From contig JAVCCW010000030.1 of NCBI GenBank assembly GCA_030765235.1, positions 8,144-72,143 on the forward strand: a stretch of 64,000 bases of DNA, written 5' to 3'. A program made the translations under genes and the position numbers. The notes beneath the pieces are model-generated. The model ran no database searches. It had not been told where the DNA came from and saw only the letters and a list, made by a program, of their open reading frames with translations. Positions 17,998-28,259 of the stretch are shown here, piece by piece (position 1 is the stretch's first letter; the number at the start of each line of letters is the position of its first letter). This stretch comes from Candidatus Gorgyraea atricola (GTDB taxonomy: Bacteria; Omnitrophota; Gorgyraeia; Gorgyraeales; Gorgyraeaceae).

Positions 17998-19245
17998 CTA
18001 TCGGATAAAGAATTCCATCAATTCGTAACCGCGGTCAATGCGGAATTTGGTCGAACGGGCCTCTTTCTCGTTAAAATACAGGATATCATCCTGCTCTATG
18101 TCAGTACCATACATCGCAAAACACACGTGATCGCGCGAATGTGTCCTGAGAGAGATGGGTGTCGCGTGATCAGAGGTAACAAGTATCCTGAATTCCTCTT
18201 TCGAAGACTTAAAATGCTCCAGCACTGTCCCGACGACAAATTTGTCAAACTTCTCAATGCTCGTGATCTTCTCTTTTAGATCCCCGTTATGACCAGCCTC
18301 GTCAGGCGCCTCCACATGCACAAATACAAAATCCCTATCCTTAAGAGAATCGATCGCATACTGCGCCTTGCCCAAATAATTCGTATCATAATAACCAGTT
18401 GCGCCAGGCACATCGATCACCTTTAGCCCAATGATCTTACCTATACCTTTAATAAGATCCACTGCTGAAATGATAGCGCCTTCTATCTTGTACTTCTCTG
18501 AAAACTTCGGCATGAATGGCCTTGTGCCTTGTCCCCATAGCCAGGTCGCATTCGCAGGATTTTCTTTCAGATCCAACCGCACCCTATTTACCTCGTGACT
18601 CAGCAGCACATCCCTGGAATCATCCATGAGCCTCTTTAAAAATTCAGCATAGTCACCTTTTTTCGGAAGACGAGGATCTATCTTTTTGCCGATAATGTCA
18701 TGCGGCGGCGCGCACTTCACCTTCATAAGCCCCTTTAGCTCATCTTTATTGTTGCACCTCAATATAAGCAAATGTCTATAGCTCATGCCCGCATAAAATC
18801 TTATATCTTTGGTACTCATCTTGGCATTCAGTTCATCAATAAGATGCCTGGCCTCTTCGCTCGATATATGGCCTGCGCTATAATCCGCCATCCGCCCGTT
18901 AGAAATAGTCACGAGATTGCACCTGAATGCTATCTCGTCGTCCTTCATATCTATGTCCATATTCGCTGCCTCGAGCGGTCCGCGGCCTGTATAATACTTG
19001 CGCGGACTATATCCTAATATAGAAAGATTTGCAACATCACTTGCAGGCGCAAAACGGCCAGGTATCATATTCGTAAGTCCGACCCTGCCCTTCTCTGCAA
19101 TAAAATTCATATTAGGGGTCTTGGCTGCCTCAAGAGGCGTCTTGCCTCCAAGTTCCTCCAGCGGCCTATCTCCCATACCATCGCCGACTAAAACAATATA
19201 TTTCATCTGCGCGCCCTTCTCTTTTTTATCTTCCCTTTTTTCCAC
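17998..19245 (-). CDS. ApgM-type cofactor-independent phosphoglycerate mutase family protein (possible non-orthologous homoserine kinase)
   Basis: MKYIVLVGDGMGDRPL...KTPLEAAKTPNMN metalloenzyme N-terminus, 415 aa, archaeal-type iPGM family. Confidence 0.75.
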   Translation of the reverse strand: MEKREDKKEKGAQMKYIVLVGDGMGDRPLEELGGKTPLEAAKTPNMNFIAEKGRVGLTNMIPGRFAPASDVANLSILGYSPRKYYTGRGPLEAANMDIDMKDDEIAFRCNLVTISNGRMADYSAGHISSEEARHLIDELNAKMSTKDIRFYAGMSYRHLLILRCNNKDELKGLMKVKCAPPHDIIGKKIDPRLPKKGDYAEFLKRLMDDSRDVLLSHEVNRVRLDLKENPANATWLWGQGTRPFMPKFSEKYKIEGAIISAVDLIKGIGKIIGLKVIDVPGATGYYDTNYLGKAQYAIDSLKDRDFVFVHVEAPDEAGHNGDLKEKITSIEKFDKFVVGTVLEHFKSSKEEFRILVTSDHATPISLRTHSRDHVCFAMYGTDIEQDDILYFNEKEARSTKFRIDRGYELMEFFIR

Positions 19246-21383
19246 GCCCTGAAAAATGCCTCTACTACAGCAGGGTCAAACTGTGTGCCCACGTTATCCT
19301 TGAGCTCTTTCAATGCCTGCTTCCCTGGCAATGCCTTTCTGTAAGGCCTGTCAGATACCATGGCATGATATGCATCCACAACAGCTATAATGCGAGACTC
19401 GATAGGGATCTCCTCGGCCTTTAGCCCGTCAGGGTAACCACTGCCATCATATTTTTCCTGATGGTGTTTGATTATAACAGCTACCTTTCTTAATCTAGCA
19501 ACAGGCTCCACGATCCTGGCGCCTACATCACAGTGCTGCTTCATTATGCCCCACTCCTCAGAACTGAGTTTCTTCTTTTTATTCAATATCGCGTCAGGCA
19601 CGCCTATCTTGCCTATATCGTGCAAGAGAAGCGCGACCTTTAATTCCTCCATATCAATGCTTGATTTCTGTAATTCAGGGAGCTCATTCGCAACTATCAT
19701 CCCATATTTTGTGACCTCATCCAAATGCCCGCGCGTATAAGAATCCTTCTCATCCACGGTCTTGGCCAGCGCCAACACTGTCTCGAAATGGTTCTTTTTT
19801 TCTTTCTCCCTGAGATTTTCCAGTTTGAGAAAATTCTTCGCATTCTCTATGGCAATAGCGACTTCGTTTGAAAGAGTGGAAAGCAGGCTGATCTCTTCAC
19901 TTGTATAAGGATCTCCCGAGAACTTCTCACCCAGGATCAAAAAACCTGTCAGATCCTTATTCCAGAAACTCGGCATACAAACCTGGCAACCCAACCCCCT
20001 TAATTCACGCTTTAGCTTCTTTTCTCCAACGCCCACGCTTGTATACAGGAGAGGCTTTACCTCTCTCTTTAACCACATAGGTACTGGATGATCACTCCCT
20101 AAAACACACCCTTCCAGGTCCTGGTTATCGCCTCGACGAAATCTTAAAACAAAGTCGCGCGTTTTCTCGTCATATAAAAAAATACAGACACTGCTCGAAC
20201 GCATGTATTTTTTTACAATTCGCGCTATTAGATTTATTAATTTCTGAAGATCAGTTATGAGCACCATGCCGCTACTTGCCTGTACCAGCATGCGCTCATA
20301 TGAAAACCTCTTCTGGAATAAAAATCTGTCTGTCAGCCTTACCAGGAGCCATTCCAGCGGCCTTATTGAAAACACTATGATGAGGACTGCTACGAGTTGA
20401 ATATGACGCGCCCAGTCAAATCTACTATAAAGGGCCTGCTGTATATGAAACACCGCGGATATAAAGCCAAAAAATACAAGCGTAAAGATAAACCAGAAAA
20501 TAAGCTTACGGCCGATCAAATGCCGTTTTTTAACAGTGACCTTTTTTTCGAGCCTCTCTGGCTCGACATACAGATTGTGCATTATGGCTGTGGCGCGCAC
20601 TATCCTGCCGAGCTTATCCATCTCCTCTGGCGCTAATTCAAGAGTAGCTGGATCAAACAATCCTCCTATAAAAGATGTCCCCTCTGTTTTATGTTTATCT
20701 TCAGCGCCTGGCGGCATACCATAAAGTATTACATCCTTTGGTGGTTCTGGCAGTCTTGTAAATCTCTCAGCCAGGTCATACAGCCTGAACATCCCTATAT
20801 CACTTAAAACAATGTTAGGCTTAAACGTCTTTATCTTCTTTAAGACCTCTTCTTTTGTAAAAGCGACGTCCAGCTGATACATGCCCTTGCAGCGCTCCTT
20901 ATCCTGGAAATACGCAAGTTTTGGACTGTACATTATCTTGTTCGGTTCTATAAAAAGAAGCCTTGCCTTGGTCAAGATATTAGAATCCTCAGTTAATTCT
21001 GAAAAACGCCCTCCATCGTATTTCTTTCGAGAAAGGGTCGTTTCTACAATGCTCGCGAGTGTCGCGACTGAAAAGGGTTTGTTTAAAACAGCGTCGCACC
21101 CTATTTTTTCTATCTCTTCCTTATAGTCATCCAAAAAACCTGAAAGCATAACAGTCTTGACGTCAGGATGCGCCTCCCTTACCACCTTCAGGACCTCCAG
21201 GCCGTCTACATCCGGTATTTGAATGTCTAAGAGGATCAAGTCAAACCTGCGTTCATTCAAATATTTTATTGCCTCCTGACCTGAAAAGACAACGCTGACC
21301 TCATAACCCTTTGAAACAAAGAGGTCCTTCAGTGTCAGGGCAATGACCTTTTCATCATCGACTATCAAGATGCGCTTGCTCAT
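19203..21383 (-). CDS. response regulator: receiver domain, membrane segment, GAF-like region, HD-GYP phosphodiesterase
   Basis: N-terminal REC (ILIVDDE...DLILLDIQIPDVDG), central hydrophobic stretch, C-terminal HD-GYP (HDIGKIGVP...HHQEKYDGSGYPDGL). Confidence 0.75.
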   Translation of the reverse strand: MSKRILIVDDEKVIALTLKDLFVSKGYEVSVVFSGQEAIKYLNERRFDLILLDIQIPDVDGLEVLKVVREAHPDVKTVMLSGFLDDYKEEIEKIGCDAVLNKPFSVATLASIVETTLSRKKYDGGRFSELTEDSNILTKARLLFIEPNKIMYSPKLAYFQDKERCKGMYQLDVAFTKEEVLKKIKTFKPNIVLSDIGMFRLYDLAERFTRLPEPPKDVILYGMPPGAEDKHKTEGTSFIGGLFDPATLELAPEEMDKLGRIVRATAIMHNLYVEPERLEKKVTVKKRHLIGRKLIFWFIFTLVFFGFISAVFHIQQALYSRFDWARHIQLVAVLIIVFSIRPLEWLLVRLTDRFLFQKRFSYERMLVQASSGMVLITDLQKLINLIARIVKKYMRSSSVCIFLYDEKTRDFVLRFRRGDNQDLEGCVLGSDHPVPMWLKREVKPLLYTSVGVGEKKLKRELRGLGCQVCMPSFWNKDLTGFLILGEKFSGDPYTSEEISLLSTLSNEVAIAIENAKNFLKLENLREKEKKNHFETVLALAKTVDEKDSYTRGHLDEVTKYGMIVANELPELQKSSIDMEELKVALLLHDIGKIGVPDAILNKKKKLSSEEWGIMKQHCDVGARIVEPVARLRKVAVIIKHHQEKYDGSGYPDGLKAEEIPIESRIIAVVDAYHAMVSDRPYRKALPGKQALKELKDNVGTQFDPAVVEAFFRAWKKGKIKKRRARR

Positions 21384-21619
21384 CCCTTGGTCAATTCCTT
21401 TCTTAAGGACTTTACTATCTCACCTATCTTCAAAGCATACTCCTCAAAATCATTTAAAAGCTGCACGAGTTTCTTCTTCTCGTCTTCTAATTTTTCTGGA
21501 TCAAGGCCTTTTGTCTCTAACTCATGCCTTGTCAGACCTGAGACTATCGTGATCTTGTTGAGCCAGTTATTCAGACTATGAAACTCTTTTCTCAGCGGAC
21601 TAAGCACTGTATCCTCCAT
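21380..21619 (-). CDS. small hypothetical protein inside the phosphorelay operon
   Basis: 79-aa ORF exactly filling the gap between the two receiver genes; no recognisable motif. Confidence 0.35.
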   Translation of the reverse strand: MEDTVLSPLRKEFHSLNNWLNKITIVSGLTRHELETKGLDPEKLEDEKKKLVQLLNDFEEYALKIGEIVKSLRKELTKG

Positions 21620-21988
21620 TTACTTTCCCTCCAGTAGTTTTTCTATGGTTTCTGTTAGACTCTTCAATGATGTGGGCTTGCTTAAAAAGGCATCTGCCCC
21701 AAGCGAGAGACAATTATCCTTTGCGTCATCCTCTTCTCCAAAGCCAGTAAACATGATCACCTTTATATCAGGCTTCAGCATCTTTGCTACCCTTAAGATC
21801 TGCGTGCCTGTCGGCCCTTCTTTTAAATGCAGATCCAGAACCATAAGATGCGGGTTATTTTTCTTCAATAGCTCGAGCCCTGAATCCCCATCTGTAGACG
21901 TGAACACCTGATACCCCTTCACTGTTAAAAAATCTGCTATATTCTTTAACAAGGCCTCTTCATCATCTACTATAAGTATCTTGTGCAC
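21620..21988 (-). CDS. single-domain response regulator (CheY-like receiver)
   Basis: ILIVDDEEAL...HLMVLDLHL...FTGFG receiver signature, 122 aa. Confidence 0.8.
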   Translation of the reverse strand: MHKILIVDDEEALLKNIADFLTVKGYQVFTSTDGDSGLELLKKNNPHLMVLDLHLKEGPTGTQILRVAKMLKPDIKVIMFTGFGEEDDAKDNCLSLGADAFLSKPTSLKSLTETIEKLLEGK

Positions 21989-24198
21989 TATTCCCCCCTC
22001 TTCTTTTTTCTTTTCTCGATAGGTAATTTAATGATAAAAGTCGCGCCCTTGCCATATTCAGACTCGCACCTTATCGAACCGCCGTGCATTTCAATAAAAT
22101 CCCTTATAACATACAGTCCCAGGCCGCTCCCTTTATTTGAGGTGGCCTTTGTTGTAAAATAAGGCGTGAAGAGTTTTTTCTGGCTTTCCTTTGTAAGGCC
22201 TGTGCCATTATCCTTTACCTGGACTGCAAGTATATTGCCTTCTCTTTTTAAGTTTACGATTACCTCGCCCTGGGTCATAACTCCGGCTTTTTCCTTTAAG
22301 GCATCACATATAGCATCAAACGCATTATCTATTAGATTGTAAAAACAGTCCTGCAGGAGCGCTTCACTTCCGAATATAACTGGTATATCGTTTAAAAATT
22401 TCAATTTAAACTTAGGCTCCTTAAATCCTCCGATCCCTGATCGCGAATGACTTATAAGAACAAGGCGGTATGCGTTTTCAATCAAGTTGCGCACATTCAC
22501 CTTTTGAAAATCCACCTTTGCCTTTGCCCTTTTTAATATTGCGGAGGTGATCTCTTTACCTTTATATACCTCTTTATCTATAAGTTCCAATGTGCTCTTT
22601 GCATCCTTTAAAACAGCCTTCACCTTTTCATCATTCACCTGATCCATCTTAAGCCCTTCAAGTTTCATAAGTAAAAGCTCAGCTGAAGAACTTATGGCGA
22701 CCAGACGATTATTAAACTGGTGACTCGCGCCAGGCGCCATATCTGCCAGGGCCTCCCTGCGGGATTTCTCGACTAAGACCATCTTTTCCTTTTGGTGAAA
22801 CTGCGCATTCTCAACTGCCAGGCCTACTTCGTTAGACAAAACCATCAAGAGATTCAGGTCCTCCTGGGTAAACGCTGCATTTGTTCTTTTATTAGAAAGG
22901 ATCACAAAACCTATAAGATCATTCCGTAAGAATGATGGGATTACGCTGTTTGCTTTTAGATGCGAAAGAGAGTTTATCAGTTCTTTTACATGAGGAGAAA
23001 CGCCCTTTGGCGCAAAAAGCCTTATCTCTTCTGTTACGATCGGAAGTCTCCTCATATAAAGATCCTTGATCAAAGCAGAATCTTTAGAAAATTCCCTGGT
23101 TGGCTCAAAAGTAGAATCCAAAGGCTGCATCGGCCTCCAGTAGTTCTTCAGTATATACTTATCCCTTTTGGCATCGAATAAATATATAGCAGCAAATTTG
23201 AGCTTCAAAATCTTGACCAGCTGATGCACTATCAATTTCAAAAGATTATTCAGATTTGCAAACCGAAGCATATTATGCGAAAGCCGCCTAAGGGCCTCTT
23301 GCGATTTAAACTCCTCAGCTCTCAATCTGGATTCGATCCTTTTCTGGAGTTTCATATAGATAAACGGGCCAAGGCTAGCCAAAAGCGCCATTAAAAATAC
23401 AGGCAAAAGCCACCAGCTAGAAGTTGCTCTGGATAAAGGCTCCTTAACCAAACCGCCGAGTCCAAATGGGATGCCTAAGACCACTGCATATACAAAAGCA
23501 AAAATACCTGCACGGGTGAGGGCAATGTTTACATTCATTATACGAAAACGGACGATTGCATAACTAATTGTCGCTAAACCTGCTAAAACAAATATAGAGC
23601 CAAAAGGATAAAATTCAAACCCATAATTAGGTAAGAAATCTATCGAACCTATGCTTGCAATTATGTATGCTATAAATATATATTTTATTTTATTATATTC
23701 TATAGAAGCAATGAACTTGTTTTTCTTGAAACCAGAATACAGCATACCAAGACAATAGAGATATAAAAAGCCATAACCTAATAAAAATATATTATGCAAG
23801 AAACCAACTTTCGTTTGATATCCCCAATAAAATTCATAAAAACCTGAAACAATTTGATCAGTTGTAATTGTTAAAATAACAAAAATAAAACCTACTAAAT
23901 AAACTAAAATAGTAAACTTCTTCTTTATTATCCCTAAAAAAGCAATGGTAAAATGATAAAAACAAACAGGAATAAATATAACTCCTACATAAGCAAATTT
24001 ACACCAAAAAATGGCATCTTCGGGCTTACTACGCGAATATACGACAAAGTATCCTAATAACCAAACAGAAACACTTATGCATTCAAATAGAAAAGTCCTA
24101 TTAATAAGCGATCTTGTGTTTTTGCTAAAAGCAAAGAAGCCTATAAATAAATATATGATACTTATGATTAAAGGTTGTATGGTATAAATAGTTATCAT
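21988..24198 (-). CDS. sensor histidine kinase with N-terminal multi-pass (7TM-like) membrane domain, GAF, HisKA, HATPase
   Basis: ~280 aa of repeated TM helices, then a GAF-like region, H-box SHQFNNRL and HATPase_c N/G boxes (DNGTGL...GSGLGL). Confidence 0.8.
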   Translation of the reverse strand: MITIYTIQPLIISIIYLFIGFFAFSKNTRSLINRTFLFECISVSVWLLGYFVVYSRSKPEDAIFWCKFAYVGVIFIPVCFYHFTIAFLGIIKKKFTILVYLVGFIFVILTITTDQIVSGFYEFYWGYQTKVGFLHNIFLLGYGFLYLYCLGMLYSGFKKNKFIASIEYNKIKYIFIAYIIASIGSIDFLPNYGFEFYPFGSIFVLAGLATISYAIVRFRIMNVNIALTRAGIFAFVYAVVLGIPFGLGGLVKEPLSRATSSWWLLPVFLMALLASLGPFIYMKLQKRIESRLRAEEFKSQEALRRLSHNMLRFANLNNLLKLIVHQLVKILKLKFAAIYLFDAKRDKYILKNYWRPMQPLDSTFEPTREFSKDSALIKDLYMRRLPIVTEEIRLFAPKGVSPHVKELINSLSHLKANSVIPSFLRNDLIGFVILSNKRTNAAFTQEDLNLLMVLSNEVGLAVENAQFHQKEKMVLVEKSRREALADMAPGASHQFNNRLVAISSSAELLLMKLEGLKMDQVNDEKVKAVLKDAKSTLELIDKEVYKGKEITSAILKRAKAKVDFQKVNVRNLIENAYRLVLISHSRSGIGGFKEPKFKLKFLNDIPVIFGSEALLQDCFYNLIDNAFDAICDALKEKAGVMTQGEVIVNLKREGNILAVQVKDNGTGLTKESQKKLFTPYFTTKATSNKGSGLGLYVIRDFIEMHGGSIRCESEYGKGATFIIKLPIEKRKKKRGE

Positions 24199-25490
24199 TT
24201 GTTTCGAGAATAGATTTTTTTAAAATATGAAACATTGTTTAAGAGCACTTTATCATCGTAAATAGTTTTATATACTTTTAGTAGCCCGTTTTGTAATTCG
24301 ATAGCAGACATATGTTTAGGGATAAAATTTACATCCCAAAAAGTATAATTATCCCAATTAAAAGATAGCAATCTATTCTCGTCTTTTAATCTTTCCCTTA
24401 GCCGAGTACCTGGTAAAGGAGTTAAAATAGTAAGTTGTGACGCATATATATGATTATTTATAATGAACTCTGCTGTGTTTTTAAAAACAGTTGTATCATC
24501 GTAATCAAAACCTAATACAAATGCTCCTATTATACCCATCCCTGCCTCTTGAATTTTCTGTATATAATCTTTATACTTGTCCAACATCCTAATTTTAAAA
24601 CCTGCCCTATCTACCGACTCCAAACTTTTTCTTGTAACAGATTCAAAACCTATAAATAAAAAACGACACCCACTTTTCTTCAATAATGCAAGCAATGCCT
24701 TATCCTTTGCTATTGAAATATCAGTCTGCGTCATCCATCTAATCTTTAAAGGAATTAATTTCTCTAATAATTCAAAAGCGTATTTCTTGTTCACAAACAT
24801 ATTATCATCACCAAACCCTATCCAAGGATTTTTAAAAATTGACTTTATTAATTTTACTTCTTTAATTACCTGTTTAATGGATTTGTGTCTAAATTTTGTC
24901 CCAAAAAGTCTAGACGCAATACAAAATTCACAATTATGCGGACATCCACGTGTTGTTTGTATCCAAATAGTCTTATAATTTTCAGGATTTAATAGCTCAT
25001 ATTTCGGGATTGGTGATTTTTCTAAATCAAAAGAGCGTGTAGAAAAATAAAAAGGTTGTGTATTGTTTTTTAAAAAATCATTTATAAATTGTGGCCAAGT
25101 TTCTTCTGCCTCACCTACAATTACACTATCACAATGCTCCTTGGCTTCTTTAGGTAAAATAGTGGCATGAATACCTCCAATTACTACTTTCACATTTCTC
25201 CTTCTAAATTCATCTGCAATCTGATACGCCCTCTGAGCCTGCTGAGTCATGGCAGATAATACTATCAAATCATAGCCCATATCAAAATCAATTGGCTCTA
25301 AATTTTCATCGATCAATTTACACTTCACATCTTTTGGCATTAATGCCCCGATTATTAATAAACCCGTACTCAGACCAGACCAAAAACGACTATAAAATTG
25401 TCTTATTTGATTCTTTTCCCAAAATTCTCTAAATTTAATATCTTTGCTAAAAAATGTTCCCTTTGGAGATATCAGAGCGACTTTTATCAT
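24195..25490 (-). CDS. B12-binding-domain radical SAM protein (class B)
   Basis: N-terminal cobalamin-binding Rossmann-like region and CxxxCxxC radical SAM motif TTRGCPHNCEFC. Confidence 0.8.
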   Translation of the reverse strand: MIKVALISPKGTFFSKDIKFREFWEKNQIRQFYSRFWSGLSTGLLIIGALMPKDVKCKLIDENLEPIDFDMGYDLIVLSAMTQQAQRAYQIADEFRRRNVKVVIGGIHATILPKEAKEHCDSVIVGEAEETWPQFINDFLKNNTQPFYFSTRSFDLEKSPIPKYELLNPENYKTIWIQTTRGCPHNCEFCIASRLFGTKFRHKSIKQVIKEVKLIKSIFKNPWIGFGDDNMFVNKKYAFELLEKLIPLKIRWMTQTDISIAKDKALLALLKKSGCRFLFIGFESVTRKSLESVDRAGFKIRMLDKYKDYIQKIQEAGMGIIGAFVLGFDYDDTTVFKNTAEFIINNHIYASQLTILTPLPGTRLRERLKDENRLLSFNWDNYTFWDVNFIPKHMSAIELQNGLLKVYKTIYDDKVLLNNVSYFKKIYSRNK

Positions 25491-25500
25491 ATGTCCTTCT

Positions 25501-26592
25501 TTATGCTTTCCGTCTAATATACTTCACATCCGCACAATACTTAAAGAGCCGCGAAAGCAGATCTTTGTCGATTACGGGCCATCTAAATTCTTTGCCGTTT
25601 ATGGCTGCGTCGAAGTTTTCAGCATCAAATATCACTGTACGATGATTAAAATATGGTAAATACGGCTCTATCACCTTTCTCCTGAAACCCTTTAGATCTT
25701 CAAAATGAAACTTTTGCTGCAATGTCAACTTGGGCTTTTGAAAACCAAAGTAAGAACTGGCCATCTCTAATAAGAAATCCAAGGCTATTGTATTAGGATT
25801 GGTCAGGTGATAATTTCTATTATTATTTTCCTTTTCGGACGATATAAGGTATATTGCCTGGGCCACATAATCTATAGGCACAAGATTATACCCGAGCGTC
25901 CTGTCAGCAGGGATCTCGTCAAATATTCCGAGTGAAAATATATGCAGAGGCTGGTAAAACATCTGAAAATTAGAGACCTCACCGGTCTTGGAATCCCCTG
26001 TTATTATGCTAGGTCGATATATGGATATAGATAGGCCTTTGTGTCTATATTCGGCTATCAACTTTTCTGCCTCAAATTTAGTCTCTTCATAAGTATTATT
26101 GAAACCCTGGCCTACATCCAGAGAGTCTTCATAAAAGATGCCACCAAACTTACCCACCACAGCCACTGTACTTATATGATGAAAAGAATCAAATTGATTA
26201 TTTTCATTGCACTGCAAGGCAAAATCCAGGACATTCTTTGTACCCAATACATTTATCTTTCTAATCGGCTCAAGCGGCATTCCAAATTCGCATAATGCCG
26301 CGCAATGATATATCGTCTCTATTTCTTTGCGTAGCTTATCGAGTGTGAATTTTTTAATCCCCATATCTTTCTTGGTTGTATCTCCATGCACGACCTCAAT
26401 TCTTTCATTTATGCCATCTCTCTTTGCCTTATCGTAACTCTTATTTATTAGCTTGGTTATCCTATCTTTGGCCTTCATATCTGAGTTTCCGCGGACAAGG
26501 AGATACAGCTTAGAATCCTGCTTTTTCAGCAAGTTCTTTACTATATCCCATCCCAAAAATCCTGTGGCCCCTGTAATAAATATATTCTTCAT
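25501..26592 (-). CDS. thioester-reductase / fatty acyl reductase (NAD_binding_4) family protein; track start 26649, MKNIFITGATG at 26592 preferred
   Basis: IFITGATGFLGWDIV Rossmann motif of TR domains and a catalytic YxxxK region. Confidence 0.7.
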   Translation of the reverse strand: MKNIFITGATGFLGWDIVKNLLKKQDSKLYLLVRGNSDMKAKDRITKLINKSYDKAKRDGINERIEVVHGDTTKKDMGIKKFTLDKLRKEIETIYHCAALCEFGMPLEPIRKINVLGTKNVLDFALQCNENNQFDSFHHISTVAVVGKFGGIFYEDSLDVGQGFNNTYEETKFEAEKLIAEYRHKGLSISIYRPSIITGDSKTGEVSNFQMFYQPLHIFSLGIFDEIPADRTLGYNLVPIDYVAQAIYLISSEKENNNRNYHLTNPNTIALDFLLEMASSYFGFQKPKLTLQQKFHFEDLKGFRRKVIEPYLPYFNHRTVIFDAENFDAAINGKEFRWPVIDKDLLSRLFKYCADVKYIRRKA

Positions 26593-27980
26593 TTTATCTT
26601 TACTGAGATCTTTCTGGGAATTTTGTAGATCGCCAGCCTCTCTTTGCAAAACGACTTTACATCTTTTTCTGTCACTTCTTTTCGTGAGGCGATCTCTAAT
26701 CGTGCATTGATCCTATGTCCCCACAAATCATCCGTTATAACATCCAGTTCTATATCCTTTGCCCCCGGGAAAGAAGACATTACATCTTTCACCTCCTTCA
26801 AATCAACATTGTTGCCCCCTATTTTGGCAATATCTTTCTTTAGGCCATTGAAATATATATACCCATCCTCATCCAGCTGCCCGTTATCTCCTGTATAAAA
26901 CCAGCCTTTTCTCAAAAATTTTTGATTCTCGCCGTTTTTATTATAATACCCCTGCATCACGGTTGGCCCGCCTATAAGGATCTCTCCGTCAGCGATCTTT
27001 ATCTCTACCTCATGTCCTGACACACCTAAGGAATCCGGCCTATTTCTTGATTTGGGATTACATGCTATCGGCATTGTCTCTGTCAGGCCATAACCCTGCA
27101 ACAACTCAATGCCCATCTCTTCTTTAATCGCTTTATGAATAGCTAACGGCATATAACTCCCGCCAGTAATGCCGTATTTAAGACTGCTTATGTCAAAGCG
27201 GCCCTTACTATAATTTTTAAGAAGAGAGATATACACTGTTGGTACAGCTATAATAAAGTCTATCTTGTGCGCCTCTATTACCTTGAGTATATGACTCGGT
27301 ATAAAACTTCGCGTTATGACTACAGTAGCCCCGCGCAACAGCGGCACGATCACACAGCTCACCAATGTGAAGATATGCGACATAGGAATGACCAATAAAA
27401 AGCGCTGGGCAGTCACGACTTCTGTAAGTCTTACATATCCGATGGCGCCGTGATGATAATTTCCATGCGTGAGCATTGCGCCCAAAGGTTTTCCTATGCC
27501 TCGATATGTATAGTTAATCGTAGCGACCTGATTATTGCTGGTGTTAAAATTCGGGAGAGGGCCCTCTTCTCCTATGCTTAACAATTCATTAATCTGTTTA
27601 TCAATAGCTATTATTAGCCTATCTTTACTAAGTATAGACGCGACCTTTTTGTCGTACAATGAAGAGGTAGTTATTATGCCTTTTGGCTTACAGTCATTGA
27701 AGATCTTTTTTAATTCAAAACTCGTAAGCTGTGGATTGAGCGGCACGCTTATGACATTTATCCTTGAAAGCGCATAGAAACTATATATGAACTCCTTGCA
27801 GTTTGGAAGAAAGATAACGATCTTATCGTCTTGCCTCAGCCCCATTTTTAAAAAGGCCTTTGCCAATAACTCAATATTCTTCCAAAGCTCGGAGTAAGAC
27901 ACCTTTACGTCATCCTGGATTATGCATGTCTTTTTTGACATCTTGGTTGATACCCAATGAAGTGAGGTGCCTAAGTTCAT
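26589..27980 (-). CDS. fatty acyl-AMP ligase / acyl-CoA synthetase family adenylating enzyme
   Basis: AMP-binding motifs INYTYRGIGKPLGAMLTH, YGLTET, YFTGDNGQLDEDGYIYFNGLKKD. Confidence 0.75.
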   Translation of the reverse strand: MNLGTSLHWVSTKMSKKTCIIQDDVKVSYSELWKNIELLAKAFLKMGLRQDDKIVIFLPNCKEFIYSFYALSRINVISVPLNPQLTSFELKKIFNDCKPKGIITTSSLYDKKVASILSKDRLIIAIDKQINELLSIGEEGPLPNFNTSNNQVATINYTYRGIGKPLGAMLTHGNYHHGAIGYVRLTEVVTAQRFLLVIPMSHIFTLVSCVIVPLLRGATVVITRSFIPSHILKVIEAHKIDFIIAVPTVYISLLKNYSKGRFDISSLKYGITGGSYMPLAIHKAIKEEMGIELLQGYGLTETMPIACNPKSRNRPDSLGVSGHEVEIKIADGEILIGGPTVMQGYYNKNGENQKFLRKGWFYTGDNGQLDEDGYIYFNGLKKDIAKIGGNNVDLKEVKDVMSSFPGAKDIELDVITDDLWGHRINARLEIASRKEVTEKDVKSFCKERLAIYKIPRKISVKIK

Positions 27981-27985
27981 ATACG

Positions 27986-28249
27986 CTATTTCTCCTTAAC
28001 ATAAAACATGACTAGATCTATCAGATCTCCAACAGTCACTATATCAAACGCCTTTGCCTCGTCAATCACTATACCTAACCTCTTTTCAACTGCAGCCAAT
28101 ATCTCCATTGCTGCTAAAGAATCAATGCCCAGATCATCTCTTATATCAGCGCTCTCCTTGACCTTTTTTACATCCATTCTTGCGATCTCAGCAACTAACC
28201 TTTTTATATCTTTCCTGATACCTGCTGCCTTAGAGGTTTTTTTAGCCAT
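27986..28249 (-). CDS. acyl carrier protein (phosphopantetheine attachment, DSL)
   Basis: 87 aa with DDLGIDSLAAMEI PP-binding motif. Confidence 0.7.
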   Translation of the reverse strand: MAKKTSKAAGIRKDIKRLVAEIARMDVKKVKESADIRDDLGIDSLAAMEILAAVEKRLGIVIDEAKAFDIVTVGDLIDLVMFYVKEK

Positions 28250-28259
28250 TTAGGTCTCC

